Below are positions 54,617 through 64,000 of a DNA stretch of 64,000 nt, piece after piece (the stretch's first letter is position 1; every line of letters begins with the position of its first letter). The notes under the pieces were generated by a model. That model saw nothing but the letters and a program-made list of their open reading frames with translations. It made no database searches and was not told where the DNA came from. Where the stretch lies: assembly GCF_006345805.1 (NCBI RefSeq), contig NW_021834233.1:1-64000 (forward strand), read 5' to 3'. This DNA comes from Octopus sinensis (Eukaryota). The position numbers and the translations under genes were made by a program.

Positions 54617-54957
54617 AACAACAAAGAAGAAGAAGGCAAATATCCATCGAAAGTAAATAATGTAAATAATGTACATAATTCTTCATCTCTTAAATATAGA
54701 ACTGTATCGTTTTTGGTTGTTGTTTACATTGTAATGGTGTTTTTTTTTCTTTTTCGTGATTTTGTTCTTACTGAGATGCAGTTTTATCGCTGTTAATCTT
54801 CGGCAGACGGGAGTTATTACTCTTATCGTGATAGTCTCATCCTGACACCATTTCCGTGACTATCTGTAACATGTATCGTTTTGGCTGGTCTATAGCGAGA
54901 AACAAATAGATTTTACTATTTCCCTTCCTGTACACAGCTGTACACAGCTGAACACAG

Positions 54958-55191
54958 CTGTACTCTTTCACCACAACTTTCTCTCACTCTTTCTTCCTGT
55001 TTCTGTTGTACCTGTATTTCAAAGGGGCCAGCCTTGTCACACTCTGTGTCACGCTGAATCTTCTCGAGAATTACGTTAAGGGTACACGTGTCTGTGGAAT
55101 GCTCAGCCACTTGCACGTTAATTCCACGAGCAAGCTGTTCCGTTGATCGTATCAGCTGGGACCCTCATCGTCGTAACCGACGGAGTGCTCC
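54958..55191 (+). mobile_element. 5'-truncated SINE family 2, tail type a
   Basis: CTGTACTCTTTCACCACAACTTTCTCTCACTC...GTAACCGACGGAGTGC, colinear with 14330-14555. Confidence 0.88.
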
Positions 55192-55317
55192 TAACACTCC
55201 TGTTATACTTAACAATATGCCTAACCGACGAGTGCTCATTAAAAGCGACTAACAATTATGAAGAAAAAAGCACATACACACAAACCAAAAAAGGACGGAA
55301 GATGTAGGTAGAAGATA

Positions 55318-55553
55318 TATTTCTTTACTACCCACAAGGGGCTAAACACAGAGGGGACGAACAAGGACAGACGAATGGATTAAGTCGATTACATCGACCT
55401 CAGTGCATAACTGGTACTTTATTTATCGACCCCGAAAGGTTGAAAGGCAAAGTCGACCTCGGATGAATTTGAACTCAGAACGTAACGGCAGAGGAAATAC
55501 GGCTACGCATTTCGCCCGGCGTGCTAACGTTTCTGCCAGCTCGCCGCCCTCGC
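55318..55553 (-). mobile_element. SINE family 3 monomer with 15-bp target-site duplication
   Basis: Flanked by TGTAGGTAGAAGATA at 55303-55317 and 55554-55568. Confidence 0.93.
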
Positions 55554-55964
55554 TGTAGGTAGAAGATAGAAATCTAAACACTCTAATGTTGTTAAGTGAT
55601 ATATAATAGACAATGATAATGTAACACGTTTTTAGTAGAAAGAAATGTGCGCTACAAATAAAACAAAATGATCGGACATTACTTCAACGAATGAACAGAT
55701 TGCAACGCAACTCATTAGACAAACGTTATGAAACACATCTTGACGAAAGGAAGAAAACAATTGAATGTAAAGGGTTTCGAATAGAAAAAATATGCTTTTG
55801 TAATATAGCGTTAATATATTACAGTATCCACTGCATACGTTAAATTAACGCAGGTACACATATTCCATTAATAAAAGATGTGGTATGATACCCAAAAATG
55901 AGATATAATCTTGTAAAATTTACTGAAAGGATAACGATCTGAATACCAACGCCCAATATCTCTT

Positions 55965-56130
55965 TACTCTCTTTTACACTTTTACTTGTTTCAGTCAAAT
56001 GACTGTGGCCATACTGGAGCACCGCCTTTAGTCAAGCATATCAACCCCGGGACTTCTATCGGTCTCTTTTGCCGAACCGCTAAGTTACGGGGATGCAAAC
56101 ACCACAACATCGGTTTTCAAGCGATAAGTA

Positions 56131-56179
<49 letters not shown>

Positions 56180-56297
56180 ACTGGGTGCTTTTAGTTTCTG
56201 TCTACCAGATCCACTTAGCTAAGGTGCTACGCAGTAGGACTGAACTCGGAACCGTGTGGCTGGGAAACAAGCGTCTTACTACACACCCATGCCTTTA
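55965..56297 (-). mobile_element. SINE family 1 with internal deletions
   Basis: CTTGTTTCAGTCAAATGACTGTGGCCATACTGGAGCACCGCCTTTAGTC...GGACTGAACTCGGAACCGTGTGGCTGG is the reverse complement of family 1. Confidence 0.85.
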
Positions 56298-56311
56298 CCC
56301 ATATATATATA

Positions 56312-56902
56312 TACCGAAGGCACGAGCGCCAGATAAACCACTTCCATCTCAGGTGTCTTCGGAATCTCCTTCACATCCGCTGGCAGGACAAAGTCCCAGA
56401 CACGGAAGTTCTGAAGCAGGCAGATCTCCCTAGCACCATCACAATCATGCGCAAGGCCCAGCTGAGATGGGCGGGCCACGTCTCCCGCATGTCCGACACT
56501 CGCATCCCAAAACAGCTCTTCTACGGTGAACTCGGCCAGGGCAGGCGCAAAGTCGGAGGGCAGAAAAAGCGCTACAAGGATAGTCTCAAGGTCTCTCTCA
56601 AAGACTTCTCCATCGGAACAGAGACCTGGGAGACACTTGCTGCCAACCGCTCATCCTGGCGCAGCGCAATCACCGTGGGAGCAGGGACAGCCGAGGAGGG
56701 ACGGATTCGGTCAGCGGAGCAGAAACGTCAGATGCGTAAAGTCAGAGCCGCCTGCACCAGTAGCACTGCCCCTACCCACTTCTGCCCCACCTGTGGGAGG
56801 GGCTTCCTTGCCCGGATTGGCCTCACCAGCCACCTCCGGTCTCATGGCGGCAGTTCCATCAGATGATGTCAGTTGGTCATCTTCGAACCGAAGGACGAAC
56901 AT
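56312..56902 (+). mobile_element. Young 5'-truncated RTE-clade LINE; uninterrupted 184-codon C-terminal reading frame (56312-56866) and short 3' UTR
   Basis: YRRHERQINHFHLRCLRNLLHIRWQDKVPDTEVL..AQLRWAGHVSRMSDTRIPKQLFYGEL..GGQKKRYKDSLK..CPTCGRGFLARIGLTSHLRSH, typical of the RTE C-terminus with a C2H2 finger. GC-rich and flanked by (TA)n. Confidence 0.93.
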
Positions 56903-57989
56903 TAGTATATATATATATATATATATTACAATAGATTAATCGAATCAACAGTGGATCTTGTACAGAGCAGAATAAAATATCTATACATCGATAAATTTGA
57001 AACATCCGTAGCGCTTCACCAAATAGCTAGACATAACTCACCTTTACCGAGAATTGTGTTCAGAGAACCATTATTTGATATGAATAGGTGGATTGATCTC
57101 ATCCATTTTGTAGCCATTGTAGTATCGATGGAAACCAGGTTTGAACTGAATAATATAATATCTTACGTTGCCATACATATAAAAAAACTTCAAGAATGGA
57201 TGCAATACATAAAATTGGAAAAATGCCCCAATAATCTCCAGAAAGAAATACTTATATTTAGTGAGGGAGAAAAGGTGTGTGATGAAGTTTCTCAAAAGAA
57301 AAAGGGAAAAAATGAGCAAACAACTTTAAAAAAACATATAAATTGAGACAAGGACCTCTTGGAAGCAAACGAAAAGATCAAGCACATTATAACCCGAAAT
57401 TTTCTCCGAGCAAGACGCTACGGAACGCATGAGTTCTTCTTTCAGGAGGGAAAACTCTTTGAATCTAAAAGAAAACCATTTTAATGGGGGCATGAACAAA
57501 AATAAATAAACGTAACTTGAAAATATAAATAAATAAATATGACTTAAAAATTTAAGCCAAAAATATGAATGACATGCCAAACATAAACAACGGAAGTTCA
57601 AACGCATTGCAAGAAAATATGAAAGGAAACATTCACGTAGTCAAAGGGAAGAAGAGATGAAAAGAAAAAAGGCTTAAGAAAAAAATCAATAACACTCTAT
57701 GCTTCGCTCACCATAACTAGCACTCATTATCACTCCAAAGACACGACACATCGGCAAAGTTTCTGCTATTTAAGAACCGCCAAGGCGTCGATGAAGCAGC
57801 TGACTAGCTGTCATTGATCTCTGACACGATCTTTCAATGAATTAAGGAAGAAATCGAAATTAACATCTAGAGGATTAATAAAGGGGGTTAGAATATAGAT
57901 TGCTCATAACCAAAGCAGCAGAGACCGTAAAGTAATAGTTTGTTTGACAACTTATAAAATCCCTCGCGCCGCTAATATATCAAATGCTG

Positions 57990-58560
57990 GAAAATAAGGA
58001 AATATAATAATATCGTGTGTCAGTAACGGTTATGTGTTAATAAAACAGCTGCTGGAAAACTGAAAAATATTAGAAGGCTGTGAAAATATAAAAATACATC
58101 GCAATGACACAAGTTGTTAGCGTAAAACATTTGATAAGATTCTAGTCCCTTTAATGGTCAATGTACTCCTTATCAATGAAATACATTCAGTTCGAAACAT
58201 GTAAATGAATCGTGCAACTTGGAAGTGGTAAACAACAATTAGACTAGAAGGCCAAGATTTAACGAAGAACACGGTTATACCCATAAGGAACAGTCATTTA
58301 CGGAGCGGCTGTGTATCTTATATATCTGTTTGCCTAACTGACTCGGATAACAAATTTTGTAAATGAAATCCCTACAGATTCTAAATCTTACAAACAAACG
58401 AAAAACAAAATCTTCCCTTGATGGATGATTCGAAATTGTTTACGAGTATCAATTCCCAGCTGAAGACCTAAGCAAAAGTTTTAAAGCGTTTAGTAGGGAT
58501 GTAAAAGAGTGTATATCCTGCTGAACAAACATATTCAAACTATTCTTAGAAGGACCAAAA
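57990..58560 (+). pseudogene. Very old non-LTR reverse transcriptase remnant (R4/Dong-like)
   Basis: RKTFDKI (~58120-58145, KAFD-like), LMDDSKLF (58418-58441, YMDDLKLF-like) and KAFSRDV after a frameshift. Boundaries are approximate. Confidence 0.45.
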
Positions 58561-59418
58561 CTAAGAACATATCTTACAATGGGTTGAGAACATGGAAATT
58601 TGAGCGTAGAACTGCGAGTAAGTTGAGAATAGACTGGAAGCAACTAGAAAGTTACTGCCATTTAAGAAATAAAGTCTTGAAGAAAACATCTGTTACAACG
58701 CTATTCAATGATTTATGCTAATAAACAAAGCAAAACTAACAACTTGAAGATAAATAGAATCCGCTGCACTATCACCAGAAGGCACTAAAATATAGCTTCT
58801 TTGACAGCAGCTTATAAATCTCTTATATCTATATTATGTAACACAATAAGAATTACTGAATTTAAAATAGAAGCAACTTTTTATGTGAAGGTAGTAACAG
58901 ATGAATATGATTCGATATAATGCACTGAAAAATTTTCCATTTCGTTTTCAGTATGTGGAGATAAATTGACTGTTTCTCTTTACAAACCTCAGTTGGTGGC
59001 GGAAAGGAAAGATGATATAATCAACCCAGATGATATAATCAACCCAGAATGCATACAACAGAGAGAACTCACCAAAAGGCACCTATACCGGCTGATGAAG
59101 CTGAATTCCAATTAGCTTAATGAACCATTGACACATATGATAAATCTTATAAATACTGCTACCGAAGGAGGCCACAGGAAGATTTGAAATTTGAACTAAA
59201 AGAACCACAGCAGATGCACAAAGTACTCTTACAATTCTGATAATCCTAGCTTGGCGCTTATCGTCCAAGCTGGACACATATCGACTCGATTAAATATAAA
59301 ACTGATGGTATTTCAATGGTATTTTACATCAGAATACTGAGATATGGAATACATATCCTGTGTATATCTAGCGAGTCTGCCAAAGTGTCACGTAAAATAA
59401 ATGGAAGTAACAAGAAAA

Positions 59419-59813
59419 TCTTTATATATAAAAGTCAAGTTGTGTGTCTGTCTCCTACGATTTAGATTCCTAACTACTCCCACATTTTGAGGTGCAGTTT
59501 CACCAAAACCGGGTATCTTATAGTCGTGATTCATATCGAGCCCTTCTTGGTATTAGCGCGCGTCTACGATGAGTCTACGATTTTAAAAATAATTTACCAT
59601 CATTCTTTTTGATTTTAATGCATTTTCTCGCTATTATATAAGGGAAGTAACTCTCTAAAAATGTCTACGATGAGTCAACGATTTAAAAATAAAATTATAA
59701 TTTTTTTTCCATTTTTAATGCATTTTTTTGCTATCTGTTGGCTATAACTCTCTAAAAATGCTTATATAGTTATTTCCCTTACAAACCCGAGCAACGCCGG
59801 GCGATACTGCTAG
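59419..59813 (+). mobile_element. Non-autonomous Helitron-like element
   Basis: Starts TC, ends CTAG, inserted between A and T. Subterminal GC hairpin CCCG AGCAACGC CGGG just before the 3' end; internal ~110-bp tandem duplication. Confidence 0.8.
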
Positions 59814-59894
59814 TGTAATATAATATAATCTTAATGACATAGTGTGACGTGCCTGCAATTGGTTCTTAAAGCATTTAGCATATAGCAATAGCCA

Positions 59895-60050
59895 GTTGAA
59901 CGTTCTGAGTTCAAATTCCGCTGAGGTTGGCTTTGCCATTCATCCTTTCAGGGGTAGATAAATTAAGTACCATTTGTGTGCTGGGGTCGATTTAATCGAT
60001 TGTCCCCCTTCCCCCAAATTTCGTTCTTTGTGCCTAGAGTAGAAAAGAAT
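59895..60050 (+). mobile_element. 5'-truncated SINE family 3 with the alternative short tail
   Basis: GAGTTCAAATTCCGCTGAGG...TCCCCCAAATTTCG..TGTGCCTAGAGTAGAAAAGAAT; same tail type as 16135-16180. Confidence 0.75.
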
Positions 60051-60926
60051 AGCCAGTTGGACGAGTCACTGCTCACAATTGGACAGCTCAGTACGCGGCA
60101 TTAAGAAGTCAGAACATTGACGAAACATCGATGTCTATAGCTCCGAGAAAAGAGATCTGGTCTCACCTGGCAATGACCTGCTTTCGGGCGTTTTTATACA
60201 AAGGGCATTGAGATTATATTCCGTTGCGCCTTACAAAACGCAAACGTCAGATAAACTTAAACGCACACATAGGGTATGTGTGTCCGGCTTTGTATATAAT
60301 CTTAATGCTTAAAAAAGTGATCAAATTTGTTTTAGCTAGGTGATTGGTATAAACATAATGTCTATCCAGGTGACAACACAAGAGATCGTAAATTGCCAAA
60401 GTGAAAGTAATTAAGATGAAAATTAGAAATTCATCGAGAGCATTCAGAATCTACAATACTAAAAACAATATTGTTGTCATATGATAAACTTGTACAGAGA
60501 GAGAGAGAGATAGAGAGAGAGGGAGAGAGAGAGAGAGTATTGGTCAAAAATAGAGTCATCGAAAAGATACAGCAGCATGCAAATTAAGGGGATGTAAATA
60601 ATTTTATTTTTAGAATTGACTTTTCTTTAGACACAAAAAATAAACAACTAAAGGACAATACCGAAGTACAGCAAGGAAGGAGGTTTTGATAAACACAAAA
60701 CAGCATGAAGAGTGGGTGTGAGGCATAAAATTGAAAACGGAATTTCAAGATACGCTACAGAGACAAAAATAGTAAACGAAAACACTCTCCACGCTTAATA
60801 TCCTGCAAGCATTGAAAGAGAGGAAGTAAAAAGGAGTGGAATATCAAAATAACTCAGGAGCCCTGCACTAAAAGGAGACAGGAAAGGTCAGGTTTCAGCT
60901 TCACATACACGCAATTATGACACTGA

Positions 60927-62511
<1,585 letters not shown>

Positions 62512-62684
62512 CAAGTACATAGATATCTACACCTTGGTATACATCTGGTAGTATGCCGATTAAAACACTTTCACAGCATATGGCTACCTGAACTCGTCTG
62601 CTTTATTAATACAGATGCTATTGGATCTGCTTCAGGAATTCCACAGTGTCTGCTGAGCATATAAAAAATAAGAGAAACAGGAAG

Positions 62685-63135
62685 AGCCGTGGGCAGATCG
62701 TCACCCTTGTCAGTACACAGAACATTGCTTTGTTCGTGATTAAATTGTATTTGACTTTTGTTTCTAACAATACTGGTACTGTCCCGCAGCATTAGTCACT
62801 TTTAGTGACGGCGAATCCTTTCCTTTTCGGTTTTAAATTAGCAACCATAATTATAATTTGCACACTTCCAATTAGCTGATGAACCATTGACACTGATGAT
62901 AAATTCTATATATACTGACAGGGGCAATTCAGCTTCACGACGAGCAACGGAGTACCATTACCAATGAGCATAAATTTCATGCGAAACTGGCGTGACAATC
63001 TGTTGATCTTTCTTGCTGTGGGGAGGTTGTCTCCCACATCAGTACATAGAACTCTGCTTTGTTCGTGGCTAAAGAACCTTTGACTCTTGTTTCTAGCGAT
63101 GCTGGTACTGCCTTGCAACCTTAGTCGCTTTTGGT

Positions 63136-63138
<3 letters not shown>
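62685..63138 (-). other. Pair of 125-bp diverged direct repeats (62685-62809, 63014-63138) with apparent coding constraint
   Basis: The minus frame reads LMLRDSTSIVRNKSQIQFNHEQSNVLCTDKGDDLPTA versus LRLQGSTSIARNKSQRFFSHEQSRVLCTDVGDNLPTA. Protein not recognised. Confidence 0.45.
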
Positions 63139-63172
<34 letters not shown>

Positions 63173-63536
63173 CAGCAAGCAGGTGTATCAGTTTGATGCT
63201 CGGGAAAGTGAGAAAGTATTTTAAGTTTCGAGCCTACGACGTTCCGTAGAAAGGCATAGGAGAAAATACACAGAGAGAGATTAAAAAAAAAAAACCCTGT
63301 GGATTTAGCGATCAAGCATGGTGGCTGGTTGGCGGAAAAATACCGATCTCTCATGACTATTCGCCGAACTTTCTCAATCGTCTCCTCGTTTTAGATTCTG
63401 GAAAACGTACCTTAACGCACCCCGCTCTCCACTGAGGTACGGCCATGTTTCAAGAGATTATAATACACCTTGAGACATACACAAACACACACATACATAT
63501 ATACATAAATACATACATACATACATACACACATAC

Positions 63537-63602
<66 letters not shown>

Positions 63603-63884
63603 TTGTATGTGTGTGTGTGAGTGTGTGTGTGTTTGTGTGTGTTTGCGTATGCGTATTATTTATTTATTTAAAAGTCACAATACCTGTATTAAAAAGCTTA
63701 AACACATGTATTGTACCCTTTAAATAAATAAATCCTATCTCTCACCAGATGGTGTACCTTTTTGTTGAATTTTCAATCACGGACCACTATAACAAACACA
63801 CACACACAGACATGGAAATAAATCCCATGAATAATACACTGTTCTATATAAAATATATAAATGCACCCTTTTAAATCCTAGCCA

Positions 63885-64000
63885 AGCTCATGGGCTCTGT
63901 GTCCCCCAGCTGGACGGGACGCCAGTCCATTGCAGCGTTACTCATTTTTGCCAGCTGAGTGGACTGGAGCAACGTGAGATGAAGTGTTTTGCTCAAGAAC
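63885..64000 (-). mobile_element. SINE family 4 (V-domain-like), cut by the window edge
   Basis: Minus strand CTTGAGCAAAACACTTCATCTCACGTTGCTCCAGTCCACTCAGCTGGCAAAAATGAGTAACGCTGCAATGGACTGGCGTCCCGTCCAG. Confidence 0.75.

Larger units (their letters stand above)
54161..54671 (+). mobile_element. tRNA-headed, hammerhead-tailed non-autonomous element with an inverted copy of its tail upstream
   Basis: Head 54374-54441 (A box TGGCGTAGTGG, B box GAGTTCGATTCC), (AAT)n, then tail 54515-54671. Segment 54161-54373 is the reverse complement of the (AAT)n plus tail, roughly 90% identical by eye. Confidence 0.8.

Noticed and set aside
56951-57346. 131-aa non-repetitive ORF
   Set aside because: Non-ATG start, no recognisable domain or splice signals, and length compatible with chance in AT-rich DNA.

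Overview
Eukaryotic, strongly AT-rich, almost entirely repeat-derived DNA. The repeat landscape (several tRNA-headed SINE families, R4/Dong-like, RTE and Penelope-like retroelements, mariner remnants, MITEs, a Helitron, very long TA/TACA/GATA/GAT/ATT microsatellites) looks like intergenic or intronic octopod (Octopus-like) sequence; this is an inference from the repeats, not a database match. No host protein-coding gene, rRNA, true tRNA or CRISPR array can be supported. Most ORFs in the supplied track are translated microsatellites. The recognisable protein fragments are all transposon-derived: a GIY-YIG endonuclease tail (6550-6845, -), mariner transposase pieces (9594-9824; 45480-46410), R4/Dong-like zinc-knuckle/RLE and RT pieces (32640-33090, 42845-44160, 57990-58560) and an uninterrupted RTE C-terminus (56312-56866). 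The strongest candidate for an undescribed system is a set of minimal type I hammerhead ribozyme motifs from several unrelated repeat families. One lies in the 3' region of a Penelope-like element. Another belongs to a non-coding element with a tRNA-like Pol III head and a hammerhead tail, flanked by an inverted copy of that tail (54161-54671), suggesting a SINE/retrozyme mobilised by Penelope machinery. Also notable are SINE multimers with a fixed self-complementary junction, module shuffling among SINE families, a recent fold-back duplication, and a duplicated segment with synonymous-biased divergence. All alignments, counts and folds were done by eye and need computational confirmation.
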